From: Escherichia phage FL38
Reading direction: 5' to 3' (one strand)
Length of the DNA: 64,000 nt
Sequence record: PP400784
A model generated the notes under the pieces. That model was not told the origin of the DNA. It searched no databases and was given only the letters and a program-made list of their open reading frames with translations. Of this stretch, positions 1-9,284 are shown piece after piece; positions within the stretch are counted from its first letter, which is position 1; the number at the start of each line of letters is the position of its first letter. Both the position numbers and the translations under genes were made by a program.

Positions 1-1604
1 AGAATGCACAGCGTTTGAAAGTAGATCCGACTCAGGGGCTTAACCTTACTGGTGATTTGTGGCAAGGTATCATGATCAGCGGTCTGGATGCAACCGAAGA
101 CACAAAAGGTGTCGCTAAAGTTGCTACTACTCAGCTTACTGACGCTGGTCAAGATGATACTACAATCATCACGCCTAAAAAGCTGCAAGGCAAAAAGGCC
201 ACCGAAGGTAAAGAAGGCATTATCCGAGTTGGTACTCAAGCCGAAACCGTGGCTGGTATTATGGACAATGTAGCAATTTCTCCGAAGAACTTCAAATATG
301 TTGTTCAGACAGAGGATACATGGAAAGCAACCGAAGCGCGTCGTGGCTTCTTGAAAGTTGCTACTCAGGAAAACTGTTTTGTTGGTGATAATCTGCAAGG
401 TTCTACTCAAGAACTAGGAAACTACCAGCATGACGGAATTGCTGTTACTCCGAAAGGATTAAACTACGCACTTGCTAATTTCTTACCTAAGATGGCAACC
501 GCTCAGAATAGTTTGAAATTGGGTAACGTAGAGGCCGCTAAATGGGCGCGTAGAGACATTGACCAGACCATAGAGAGCAATTACACGTTTAATAAAAAAG
601 TTAACGTGAAGGGCGATTTAGAGTGCTTAAAATCAGGTTCCTTTGAAACTCTGTCTGTGACTAAGAACTCGACCGATGTTCCGAGTAATGGTCATCTGGT
701 GTTGGGTGAGCGTGGAGTTGACGGTCACACCGGAATTACTCTGCATGGCACAACCGCATCGGAAGGCATGAAAAACTCTTGGTCTATTATCGTTGGTGGT
801 ACTGGAACAGCGCAAGTTGTTGATAGTGATGCTATCGCTTTCGGTAAAATCAATGATGGTGGAGTCGTTGAGCATTACGCCTTTGCTATGAAACACAATG
901 GCGACGCGACAGCATATCGAGACTTTATTGCAGGTCGTAACCTGTATGCGAAACAAGGCGGTTTATACATTGTTGACCAGTCTAATCCGGCAATGACTCG
1001 TTCCCCAGATGGTATGCTGAATATCGGTCACGGTGGAAGTGTTAACATCAAGGCAGGGCATCAAACGTTAACTACAGAGATCGCCGGACAGAAGTATCAG
1101 ATCGTACATGCAGGAAACGCTGACGAAGTTCTTAACCGTCAGTTTGTTAAGAATGCTGGCGATACAATGGTCGGTAAGCTGACTATGGATAATGCGCCTA
1201 TTGTTTCTGTTAAGCATGAAGCTAGCGCGGCAACCGCTCCGGCAATCGGTAACATCGGTTTCTGGAATATGCGAGTTACTACCCAGAACATCAAAGAAAC
1301 TTATCCAGAGAAGAAAAACGGTACTCTGATGCAATGGGGTACTGACGCGGACGGGCTTACCCAGCTTTGGTCCCCTGATGGTACTCATAAACATTATATC
1401 CGTTCCGGTACTGGTGGTCAATGGACCGCATGGGGTGAAATTTACACCAAACAGAACAAGCCTACCGCTCAGGAAATTGGGGCAGTGGTTGCCGAAGGTG
1501 GTTTGATGAACTCTATGACGGTTCGTGATTGGATCAAAGTTGGTAATGTTAAAATCATCGCCAATAATCTGACTCGTACCGTAGACTTTATCTGGGAAGA
1601 CTAA
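1..1604 (+). CDS. 34: long tail fiber proximal subunit (gp34-like), C-terminal part; 5' end lies outside the window
   Basis: Frame open from window start to TAA at 1602-1604; first codon in track is TTG, not a real start. Position immediately upstream of 35-36-37-t. Carries the tail-fibre motif YTKQNKPTAQEIG near its C-terminus. Confidence 0.55.
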   Translation, partial: NAQRLKVDPTQGLNLTGDLWQGIMISGLDATEDTKGVAKVATTQLTDAGQDDTTIITPKKLQGKKATEGKEGIIRVGTQAETVAGIMDNVAISPKNFKYVVQTEDTWKATEARRGFLKVATQENCFVGDNLQGSTQELGNYQHDGIAVTPKGLNYALANFLPKMATAQNSLKLGNVEAAKWARRDIDQTIESNYTFNKKVNVKGDLECLKSGSFETLSVTKNSTDVPSNGHLVLGERGVDGHTGITLHGTTASEGMKNSWSIIVGGTGTAQVVDSDAIAFGKINDGGVVEHYAFAMKHNGDATAYRDFIAGRNLYAKQGGLYIVDQSNPAMTRSPDGMLNIGHGGSVNIKAGHQTLTTEIAGQKYQIVHAGNADEVLNRQFVKNAGDTMVGKLTMDNAPIVSVKHEASAATAPAIGNIGFWNMRVTTQNIKETYPEKKNGTLMQWGTDADGLTQLWSPDGTHKHYIRSGTGGQWTAWGEIYTKQNKPTAQEIGAVVAEGGLMNSMTVRDWIKVGNVKIIANNLTRTVDFIWED

Positions 1605-1609
1605 TTAAA

Positions 1610-1625
1610 GGGGGCGAAAGCCCCC
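1610..1625 (+). other. GC-rich GAAA-tetraloop hairpin (GGGGGC-GAAA-GCCCCC) between genes 34 and 35, no U-run
   Basis: Perfect 6-bp stem read directly; lies between the gene 34 stop and the gene 35 start; likely an RNA structure rather than a terminator. Confidence 0.4.
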
Positions 1626-1637
1626 TATGGGGTTATT

Positions 1638-2777
1638 ATGACACAAGATATAGAATTACGCAATACTGGAATTAGGTTTGCGCATTTCGACGAAGACTCT
1701 GCGACATTTACCAGCATTTCAGAAAATAACTCTGTGATGTATAAGCTGGAAGTGCGCGGATCTAATGCGGATTCTACCAAACCAGCAAGGATTAGATTTA
1801 ATGGAGTGGAGATCGTTGGCACTGGCTATGAAAATGGCCTAAATTTTAAAGTTCTTACTCCAACTGGACAACTACACGAAGAAAAGGTATTCTATGGTCG
1901 CGGTGCTGTTTTGGCAATGCGTGATTATCTTTCTTTGCTGAAAGGTGACTATATCATTGCGATGGCAACGCATGGAGAATTGTTTGCAGATCCGATCAGT
2001 GATGGTGTATTCTCTAAGCTGGGATCTGTATCATTCCCGAATCACATTTTGCTACAGCAAATGCCTCGTGTATCCTATGCAGCAATTTATTCTACTAAAA
2101 TGGGTAAAATTGTGTGCGAAGGGATGCAAGCAACTCACGGGGAAGGACAAGATTCATCTATACAAATTGAGAAAGTCTATGATACTATAGATGATCTTGC
2201 TATAACAGGAACACCACAACGATTTTTAGATTATCCGGTTGAGTATGTTAGCGAAGATTCCGAACATTTCGAGCTAATACAATGGCCTCGTGATGAGACC
2301 AGCGCCCCACTTGAGGATTTTAACATAAAGGCAGGTGACAAACTATCAATATCCTTTGAATTGTTCCGTGATAGTGCCGCAGCCGCAGCCAACGTAACAG
2401 CGCGTTTCTATCACAACTACTTCACCGATGGACAATATCAAACTGGTGTTCGATACAATGCCAGCAAAAAAGACCAATGGGAAAAGTTTGAAGCCGTCTA
2501 TACCGTACCGGAAGGAGTTGATAGTGTAGTAACTGGTTGTATCAGATATCCAACCAACTCCAATGAAGGTATTGTTAAAATTAGAAACATACTAATAACG
2601 CCGATCAGTGGAGTCGTCAAAACTACTGGTCCTACTTCATTTGGTGTTAATGGTGTTAGAACAACTCATATTCAGGATAACGGTGATTTTACTAACCCTG
2701 TAATGAGTCTTCTTAAACTACCCAGAGATAATAAACACATCACATCCAACAACTTTAAAGAGTTCGATGTTGATTAA
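1638..2777 (+). CDS. 35: long tail fiber hinge connector (gp35-like), 379 aa
   Basis: ATG at 1638; size close to T4 gp35 (372 aa); position between 34 and 36; followed by a terminator. Confidence 0.55.
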   Translation: MTQDIELRNTGIRFAHFDEDSATFTSISENNSVMYKLEVRGSNADSTKPARIRFNGVEIVGTGYENGLNFKVLTPTGQLHEEKVFYGRGAVLAMRDYLSLLKGDYIIAMATHGELFADPISDGVFSKLGSVSFPNHILLQQMPRVSYAAIYSTKMGKIVCEGMQATHGEGQDSSIQIEKVYDTIDDLAITGTPQRFLDYPVEYVSEDSEHFELIQWPRDETSAPLEDFNIKAGDKLSISFELFRDSAAAAANVTARFYHNYFTDGQYQTGVRYNASKKDQWEKFEAVYTVPEGVDSVVTGCIRYPTNSNEGIVKIRNILITPISGVVKTTGPTSFGVNGVRTTHIQDNGDFTNPVMSLLKLPRDNKHITSNNFKEFDVD

Positions 2778-2789
2778 CATTTTTTAACA

Positions 2790-2820
2790 AGCCGATCCAT
2801 GTGGTCGGCTTTATTTTTAT
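2790..2820 (+). terminator. rho-independent terminator after gene 35
   Basis: Hairpin AGCCGA-(9 nt)-TCGGCT followed by TTATTTTTAT. Confidence 0.75.
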
Positions 2821-2940
2821 ACAGTTGGTTAAAATGTAACCAAAACGAAGAAAGATCTTTAGAATAATAGAAAATTTGTTTCGGTTAAAAATTAGTCAGT
2901 GCCTACGGCACGTCGCGAAGCGATATTTTTGTTAACATTC

Positions 2941-2948
2941 TATAAATA
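2941..2948 (+). promoter_or_regulatory. T4-type late promoter -10 box TATAAATA upstream of gene 36
   Basis: Exact TATAAATA ending 35 nt upstream of the gene 36 ATG; a GAGG Shine-Dalgarno lies in between. Confidence 0.6.
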
Positions 2949-2982
2949 CTCGGAACTATAACTAATTTTTTGAGGTTACTTT

Positions 2983-4473
2983 ATGGCAGATTTGAAATAT
3001 GGATCTACTGTAGGTGGATCTCCCATTTGGACGCAAGGAAACTTGACGATCCAGCCAGCGGGGGATCAGCTTTTCTACAAAGGTCATAAAATCTATACCG
3101 CTTTTGATAGACCTTCGGCTACCGATTTTGATGCTGTTAGTGCATCCGAAGGTGGCACATTTCAAAAGCAAGTTCATTTCGAGGAAGGTTTAAGCGTAGG
3201 TAGCGCATCGGCTGGAGAAACCAAAAAGAATGGTATCTTTAAAGGTCAGAGCGACGCTGCTAATTTTGACGGCGTAAGCTGGGGTTTGCATTCATGGAAG
3301 TCAATCGGCTTTGTTAATGCCCGTGATGGCGTTATTATGGCGTATATTGACACCACAACGGGCGAATTTAAGTCTAAAGGGACTATCGAAGGGACAACCA
3401 TTAAAGACACAGGTCAACGCGTCTATAGCCCTGTTAATAAACCAACGAATAATGATTTAGATTTGGTGTCTCGTCGCGGTGATACCCTCACAGGAACATA
3501 TAATTTAAACACTGTCACTGTTAAACTATCGGTTGATTCGAAATTAATTGCAAGGGAACGTGATTTAATTAATTTTGATGCGACTAAGATCTATTATGGT
3601 AACGTTCTTGACACGTTGGTCTTCCGAAGTAAAGATGAGCCTACCATTTTTGTTAATGACAGAGAAGGTCGTTTTTATCACACCAACAATAAACCAACTA
3701 AAGCCGATGTTGGACTAGGCAATGTCACCAATGATGCACAGGTTAAACGTGCTGGTGATATTATGGAAGGTAACTTGCAAGCGCCTAGAATGTTGGCGAC
3801 AAACGATCCTGCTGGTCCTAATGAATTGGTTCGTTTGAGCTACTTTGAGAGAAAATCAATGGTAGCAAATCCAACCATCATTGGAAACGTTGATTGGAAC
3901 ACTCTTATTAATCGCGGTATCTATCGTGTGGAAAATGCTGGATCAGGTACTAATAAACCGTCTGATAGCTATTATAACGGCGTTTTGATGGTATATCGCC
4001 CAGAAGATGCTGTTGGTACTCGTCGAATTGTTCAGGTGTATTATCCTGAATCTATTGACCATCCGATGTGCTGGCGTTCGTGTTCTAATGAATCATGGAC
4101 TGCATGGAACTATGTAGATCACCGTAAATTGGCTGATATTCTCTATGTTAACGTCACTGGCGATACCATGACAGGACCGTTAACTGTTCCGGCTGCAAAC
4201 GGTGTTAGAACAGCTAAAACTAACTATAACGGGGATAACTGTTATGCGGCGTTAAGCGGTGCTGATGGTACTGCTATGATTCACCGCATTAGTGATATTA
4301 AAGGGACCGAAAAGCTGGGGATCACCCACGACTCAAAGGTCGTGTTTTTCCGTTCTCGAAACAATACTCAAACCGTGGACCGCTATCAGCTTTATCATGA
4401 AGGTAATAAACCTACTCCGGCTGATGTTGGAGCGGTTCCACTTAATGCGGTGATTGATTTTGGTACTTTCTAA
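2983..4473 (+). CDS. 36: long tail fiber distal connector subunit (gp36-like), 496 aa
   Basis: ATG at 2983 after the late promoter; synteny; contains two copies of the tail-fibre motif (YHTNNKPTKADVG, YHEGNKPTPADVG) shared with genes 34 and 37. Confidence 0.55.
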   Translation: MADLKYGSTVGGSPIWTQGNLTIQPAGDQLFYKGHKIYTAFDRPSATDFDAVSASEGGTFQKQVHFEEGLSVGSASAGETKKNGIFKGQSDAANFDGVSWGLHSWKSIGFVNARDGVIMAYIDTTTGEFKSKGTIEGTTIKDTGQRVYSPVNKPTNNDLDLVSRRGDTLTGTYNLNTVTVKLSVDSKLIARERDLINFDATKIYYGNVLDTLVFRSKDEPTIFVNDREGRFYHTNNKPTKADVGLGNVTNDAQVKRAGDIMEGNLQAPRMLATNDPAGPNELVRLSYFERKSMVANPTIIGNVDWNTLINRGIYRVENAGSGTNKPSDSYYNGVLMVYRPEDAVGTRRIVQVYYPESIDHPMCWRSCSNESWTAWNYVDHRKLADILYVNVTGDTMTGPLTVPAANGVRTAKTNYNGDNCYAALSGADGTAMIHRISDIKGTEKLGITHDSKVVFFRSRNNTQTVDRYQLYHEGNKPTPADVGAVPLNAVIDFGTF

Positions 4474-4478
4474 TTTTA

Positions 4479-4503
4479 GCGGGGATTATCTCCCCGCTTT
4501 TCT
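4479..4503 (+). terminator. rho-independent terminator after gene 36
   Basis: Hairpin GCGGGGA-ttatc-TCCCCGC followed by TTTTCT. Confidence 0.75.
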
Positions 4504-4509
4504 AAATAA
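4502..4509 (+). promoter_or_regulatory. possible late promoter variant (CTAAATAA) upstream of gene 37
   Basis: One mismatch to TATAAATA; ends 35 nt before the gene 37 ATG, the same spacing as the gene 36 promoter. Confidence 0.35.
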
Positions 4510-4543
4510 TATTATTCTAATAACCGTTTAAGGATTTTATAAA

Positions 4544-7333
4544 ATGGCAGATTTAAGCAGAATCCAATTTAAACGCACTAGCACTAAAGGTCGTAAACCT
4601 GATGCTAGTACGATGAATCCGGGGGAATTGGCAATCAACCTTGCGGATCAATATCTTCTTACTAAAAATGATTCCGGTGCTATTATCAATTTAAGTTGTC
4701 CTCCTGTTTATGACCGCGATGTTACAATGGCGGGTAAGGTTAAAGGTAATAATTATATCTTAAGTAAAACCGCTAACTATCTGGAAGATCAGACCGCACG
4801 AGATCTTAATTACTTTGGTGCTTTCCGAACTAATGGACAAGATGGTCTTTTAGATCTAACTCTTAATGTTCCTCATTCTGCTGGCATTAATCATGGTCGA
4901 GGATTTACTTTCCGTTATGCGACTGGCGGATCTCGTGTTGAAACCTATGGGTATAATGCACAGGGACAAAAAGCATTTAGCTATAAAATGTATCACGAAG
5001 GTGATAAACCAACTCCAGGAGAATTGAACGTCTATAGCAAACAAGAAATTGACCGGATGTTTGTTAAGAACGTTAAAATGGTTGTTCCTTCTGGTGGTAC
5101 AAACCGTGGTTATTTTAAAATTGCATCCGCAATGATCCCGCAGAGTGGTCGGATGGCGTTTCTGCGAATCTATGGTGGTAATGGATATAATGTAAACTCA
5201 TATGACCAAGTTGATTTTCTTGAAATTGTTATTCGTAGTGGTAATAATAACCCTAAAGGCGTTAGTATTGCTGCATATCGTCGAAATTCTTTGAACGTCC
5301 ATGAAGTATTTGCAATTAATACTTCCGGTGATAGCTATGACATTTATGTTAACTATGGTCGTTACACTGATAACGTTATTGTAGAGTTTGGAAAAACTGT
5401 TGACGTCGCATTGACTGTTCATGATGTTCCTGAATTTTCGGCGACTAAACCAGAAACCGGAACTAAATTTGATGCTCGTGTTATTACGATGTTCAACACC
5501 GAAAACAAAGCCGGAACATTGATGTTTGATAATAACAATCAGTTAACCTATGATATTGTTAGCCTTAGCAATGGTCCTGATGATGTTAGAAATTATCTGC
5601 GTAAATTCCGAAGTAAAGCGGGTGAAATGATTTGGCATGAAACCGTTCAGGGTGCTGTATATCGTCTTGCTACTGGAACTACTGATTCTACGGAAGTTCT
5701 TAGAGTTGATTCTAACAGTGCTCTCCCGGGTAGCTATAAAGGATATGTAATTACTGGTAAAATGGAATTGCACGGTAGCGGTAGTGCGATGAATTTACAC
5801 CGCCAGACTGGTCAAGCTGCATATATGGCGTGGTGGGATCGTCGTGATGGTAAAAACCAACGTAGTGGTTATATCGGCCATGCGGATGGTACTACTGATG
5901 GTTTTGTGTGGCGTAATGATGTTGGTGCGAACTCATTTGATTTGGAAAGTAGTGGACAAGTAAATTTGACTACAGGAAAAACAAAAATTGTATATACCAA
6001 CGGACAATATTATTCCGCTAACTCTGATGCATTCCGTATGATTTACGGCAATTATGGCGCATTCTGGCGTAATGACGGCACTAAAGTTTATCTTCTTTCT
6101 ACTGCCGAAAATGATCGTTTTGGTGGATGGAACGGCAACCGACCATTCATTTACGATTTGACTTCCGGTAACGTTCAATTAGGCGGTGACGGTAACGAAG
6201 CTGCATTAACGTTAGAACGTGCAAGCAAAGCCGCTCGTTTTACGGGTGATGTTTATGTAGAAAAAGGTTTCCTTCATTTCTCTAGTGGACGATTAGGATC
6301 TCGTGATTTCTTTAAAATCAACCATTGGGGTGATAGCAATAACGGTCGTGATAACATTTTGCAGTTTGAAGACAATAGCGGTGCACACTTCACAACTGAA
6401 CGTAAAATGGCAACCGGTGAAATTACTGCGCGATTTAAAGGATTTGTGCGTGTAGAATCTGGCGAAATTACATTCCATGCTAACCGTGGTTCTTCTTCGC
6501 AATTTAGTCTCAATACATGGGGTAATGAATCACGAAAACAAGTTTTTGAATGTAAGGATGCAACAAGTTATCATTGGTATACCGAACGTACTGCGGGTGG
6601 AACTGGTCCGGTTAAGTTCTCTGTTGCAGGTTCTTTCTATAGCGGAAGCGATGCTAACGTAGGCGGTAGTCTGAATTTTGGTAATGCTATTCAACGCGGC
6701 GCTAGCGTCATTACTATAGATTCTGGTTCTGCGGGTGCTGGTTCTTTTGCATCTCAACATGATGATAACGTCAAAGCACCTATTTTCCAACGTTTAGACC
6801 GTGGTGATGCGTCTACATATGTTCCTTTGATCAAGCAACGTTATGTTCAAGGTGCAGTAACATTCTCGTTGGGTATGCTTCTTAATGAAGGTTCATGGCG
6901 AGTTCATGTTAAAGGTTCTGGTGTTGAATCTAATACTACCTTCTATAAAAACGGCGATTTCCAAGCTGGACGCAATGGTAACTTTAACGACGTTTACATT
7001 CGCTCTGATGCTCGCCTTAAAATCAACAAGGAAGAGTATAAGGAGAATGCCACTGATAAAGTTAATCGCTTGACGGTATACACCTATGACAAGGTTAAAT
7101 CTTTAACCGACCGTACTGTCATTGCTCATGAAGTTGGTATTATTGCTCAGGATCTTGAAAAAGAATTACCGGAAGCAGTAACAACTTCTAACATCGGCGA
7201 TCCCGATAAGCCAGAAGAGATCTTAACAATTTCTAACTCTGCTGTCAACGCTCTTTTAATTAAGGCGTTTCAGGAAATGAGCGAAGAATTGAATGCCGTT
7301 AAAGCTGAACTAGCGGAACTTAAAAAGAATTAA
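4544..7333 (+). CDS. 37: long tail fiber distal subunit (gp37-like) with a C-terminal intramolecular-chaperone-like domain, 929 aa
   Basis: ATG at 4544; synteny 34-35-36-37-t; motif YHEGDKPTPGEL near the N-terminus; the last ~110 aa begin with SDARLK, which matches the autoproteolytic chaperone domain of T5 pb1 and endosialidase tailspikes. Confidence 0.75.
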   Translation: MADLSRIQFKRTSTKGRKPDASTMNPGELAINLADQYLLTKNDSGAIINLSCPPVYDRDVTMAGKVKGNNYILSKTANYLEDQTARDLNYFGAFRTNGQDGLLDLTLNVPHSAGINHGRGFTFRYATGGSRVETYGYNAQGQKAFSYKMYHEGDKPTPGELNVYSKQEIDRMFVKNVKMVVPSGGTNRGYFKIASAMIPQSGRMAFLRIYGGNGYNVNSYDQVDFLEIVIRSGNNNPKGVSIAAYRRNSLNVHEVFAINTSGDSYDIYVNYGRYTDNVIVEFGKTVDVALTVHDVPEFSATKPETGTKFDARVITMFNTENKAGTLMFDNNNQLTYDIVSLSNGPDDVRNYLRKFRSKAGEMIWHETVQGAVYRLATGTTDSTEVLRVDSNSALPGSYKGYVITGKMELHGSGSAMNLHRQTGQAAYMAWWDRRDGKNQRSGYIGHADGTTDGFVWRNDVGANSFDLESSGQVNLTTGKTKIVYTNGQYYSANSDAFRMIYGNYGAFWRNDGTKVYLLSTAENDRFGGWNGNRPFIYDLTSGNVQLGGDGNEAALTLERASKAARFTGDVYVEKGFLHFSSGRLGSRDFFKINHWGDSNNGRDNILQFEDNSGAHFTTERKMATGEITARFKGFVRVESGEITFHANRGSSSQFSLNTWGNESRKQVFECKDATSYHWYTERTAGGTGPVKFSVAGSFYSGSDANVGGSLNFGNAIQRGASVITIDSGSAGAGSFASQHDDNVKAPIFQRLDRGDASTYVPLIKQRYVQGAVTFSLGMLLNEGSWRVHVKGSGVESNTTFYKNGDFQAGRNGNFNDVYIRSDARLKINKEEYKENATDKVNRLTVYTYDKVKSLTDRTVIAHEVGIIAQDLEKELPEAVTTSNIGDPDKPEEILTISNSAVNALLIKAFQEMSEELNAVKAELAELKKN
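7004..7333 (+). other. predicted intramolecular chaperone (peptidase S74-like) domain at the C-terminus of gp37
   Basis: RSDARLKINKEEYKEN...AELAELKKN; the Ser of SDARLK is codon 821 (7004-7006), in frame with the 4544 start. Confidence 0.6.
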
Positions 7334-7373
7334 GGAAACTCCCAGGGAAGGGAACTACTAAGGAGAAACGGCT

Positions 7374-7613
7374 ATGGTCTATAATATCGTCATTGGTGCT
7401 TTGTCTAATTTCGGAATGAAATTATTGTCAAAGTTAATTAGTGAAAAGATGCTCACTAAAATTTTCTTCTATTGCGCTCGTCGTCTTGCGGATTATACCA
7501 ATACGCCAATTGATGATCGTTTTGTGGAAGAACTTTATAAGGAGTTTAATAAAGATCAGTCAGAAGATAGTAACGAGCAAGATAAACCTAGTGATAGTCA
7601 ACTACCTAAATAA
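7374..7613 (+). CDS. hypothetical protein, 79 aa (hydrophobic N-terminus, acidic C-terminus)
   Basis: ATG at 7374 preceded by AAGGAG; sits where T2/T4-type phages have gene 38. Confidence 0.4.
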   Translation: MVYNIVIGALSNFGMKLLSKLISEKMLTKIFFYCARRLADYTNTPIDDRFVEELYKEFNKDQSEDSNEQDKPSDSQLPK

Positions 7614-7646
7614 GAGTACACTGTCATAGTTATCTTAGGGCATTAT

Positions 7647-8303
7647 ATGCAAGTTTCTGAAAAAGGGAAAGACTTTGCTATCTCAAATGTCCTGCGCGCT
7701 ATTTTCACAACTAAAAGCACGGAGTTGCTCGTACTTCGTGTTTTTGCTGCCGTCGTGTTGTCCATATTAGCATTTGTCGTTTATAGTAAAAACGAGTTAT
7801 TTGCGCTTTATAAAGAGACTCGTTATGAGACTTATGCTCACATTCTCCAGGTAGAGAAAGACCGCAATTTTGATAATGCAGCACAGGAGCAGTTACAGAT
7901 AGTTCATGTGTCGGCTGATGCCGATTTTTCTGCTGTTTTTAGTTTTCGTCCGAAAAACCTAAACTATTTTGTTGATTTGGTGGCATATGAAGGAAAGCTA
8001 CCGCATACAATCGATGAAAAAAATTTAGGTGGATTCCCTATCAATAAAACGAGTGAAGAATATCGTAGGCATCTTTTAGGTAAATCCTATTTTACCGATA
8101 AAGATTTCCAGTATATTCCATCAAGAGAAAAGAAATTAGAGAATATCGATATAGGTTTCATGTATTCTTGTCCTATATTCAATCTCGATAATGTCTATTC
8201 TGGTAGTATCGCCATTTCATGGAAGAATAAACCGGATATTGACATTGAGAATTTAGATACTCTTTGCAATCAATCTGCCAGAATCCTCGGAAGGATTAGA
8301 TAA
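7647..8303 (+). CDS. t: holin T, 218 aa
   Basis: Same length as T4 holin t; N-terminal transmembrane segment; long stretches match remembered T4 T (QLQIVH.S..ADFSAV.SFRPKNLNYFVD..AYEGKLP, MYSCP.FNLDN.Y.G, ARILGR). Confidence 0.9.
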   Translation: MQVSEKGKDFAISNVLRAIFTTKSTELLVLRVFAAVVLSILAFVVYSKNELFALYKETRYETYAHILQVEKDRNFDNAAQEQLQIVHVSADADFSAVFSFRPKNLNYFVDLVAYEGKLPHTIDEKNLGGFPINKTSEEYRRHLLGKSYFTDKDFQYIPSREKKLENIDIGFMYSCPIFNLDNVYSGSIAISWKNKPDIDIENLDTLCNQSARILGRIR

Positions 8304-8308
8304 CTTAA

Positions 8309-8340
8309 AGGGGAAGCCTTTCGGCCTCCCCTTCTTTTTA
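8309..8340. terminator. bidirectional terminator hairpin between t (+) and the first minus-strand gene
   Basis: AGGGGAAGCC-tttc-GGCCTCCCCT followed by TCTTTTTA on the + strand; convergent genes end on both sides. Confidence 0.7.
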
Positions 8341-8586
8341 TTGGCGCATAGACGCGCCTGAATCGCATTTTGACGCTGTATGATGAAAACAGGTAGCGTA
8401 CCAGTCATCGGCTTGTTTGTCTTCGTCAGAAAACGCGTAATTGCGTTGTATGCCGTTTTCTACTTTGACCAGTGCAATAGCTGTTTCTGGAAGATCAATC
8501 AATCGGACAAAATCGCCATCTTCCCATTCTACACGAGCAATATCATAACCCATCTCAAAATAAACAATCACTTGCTCTAATCTCAT
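8338..8586 (-). CDS. hypothetical protein, 82 aa
   Basis: ATG at 8586 overlaps the stop of the upstream gene (ATGA coupling). Confidence 0.35.
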   Translation of the reverse strand: MRLEQVIVYFEMGYDIARVEWEDGDFVRLIDLPETAIALVKVENGIQRNYAFSDEDKQADDWYATCFHHTASKCDSGASMRQ

Positions 8587-8930
8587 TCTGGAAACTTCCC
8601 GTAAACATTCTCTGCCAACTTACGTGCATCGCTAATAATATCTTTCATGTGATGGTCGTATTGCTTTGCCATAATAAGAATACAATCAATGAAGAATGAA
8701 TAACGTCTAGAATTTACTAAAAAGTTTTTACCTAGTGAATCAAACGGATCTGGATCATCAAGTTCGATAGATTCTCTAACTTTAGACAATTCTTTCATTA
8801 CAAGGTTTACATCGTTTATAATATCTTTTGATTTATATGCGCCTTTCTTTAACAATATGGCGGTCAATTCTGACGCAGTTTCTTGAAATTCTTTCTGATA
8901 AGCTGAGTTTACATCATCGATATTAAACAT
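8583..8930 (-). CDS. hypothetical protein, 115 aa; paralog of 8940..9272
   Basis: Both proteins start MFN(I/F)D and share helical pattern and a C-terminal ENxYG; tandem duplicates. Confidence 0.45.
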   Translation of the reverse strand: MFNIDDVNSAYQKEFQETASELTAILLKKGAYKSKDIINDVNLVMKELSKVRESIELDDPDPFDSLGKNFLVNSRRYSFFIDCILIMAKQYDHHMKDIISDARKLAENVYGKFPE

Positions 8931-8939
8931 AATCGCCTC

Positions 8940-9272
8940 TCAAATATTGCCGTAAATGTTTTCAGTCATGGTTCTTGCTTCTTCCAGCATTTTGGTCATG
9001 CTCATGGTGTAGTTGTTATCTCGTACAGACTTAATAACGACAAGCAAGGAATCTAGGAAAACTTTATATACTCTCCATTTTACGCTATTGTTGAATAGTT
9101 TTATATCTTCTACTTTATCGATCAGATAACCTAAAACAGATAGCGCCTCGTTCACTTCTTCCGTTACTTTACTGCCACTAAACCAGATGGGGTAAAGCTG
9201 GATTGACAGCGACCGTGCTGCCTCTTTCAGTTCGGTCGCCTTCCATGATTCATATTGATCAAAGTTAAACAT
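8940..9272 (-). CDS. hypothetical protein, 110 aa; paralog of 8583..8930
   Basis: See 8583..8930. Confidence 0.45.
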   Translation of the reverse strand: MFNFDQYESWKATELKEAARSLSIQLYPIWFSGSKVTEEVNEALSVLGYLIDKVEDIKLFNNSVKWRVYKVFLDSLLVVIKSVRDNNYTMSMTKMLEEARTMTENIYGNI

Positions 9273-9284
9273 TATAGAATACCA

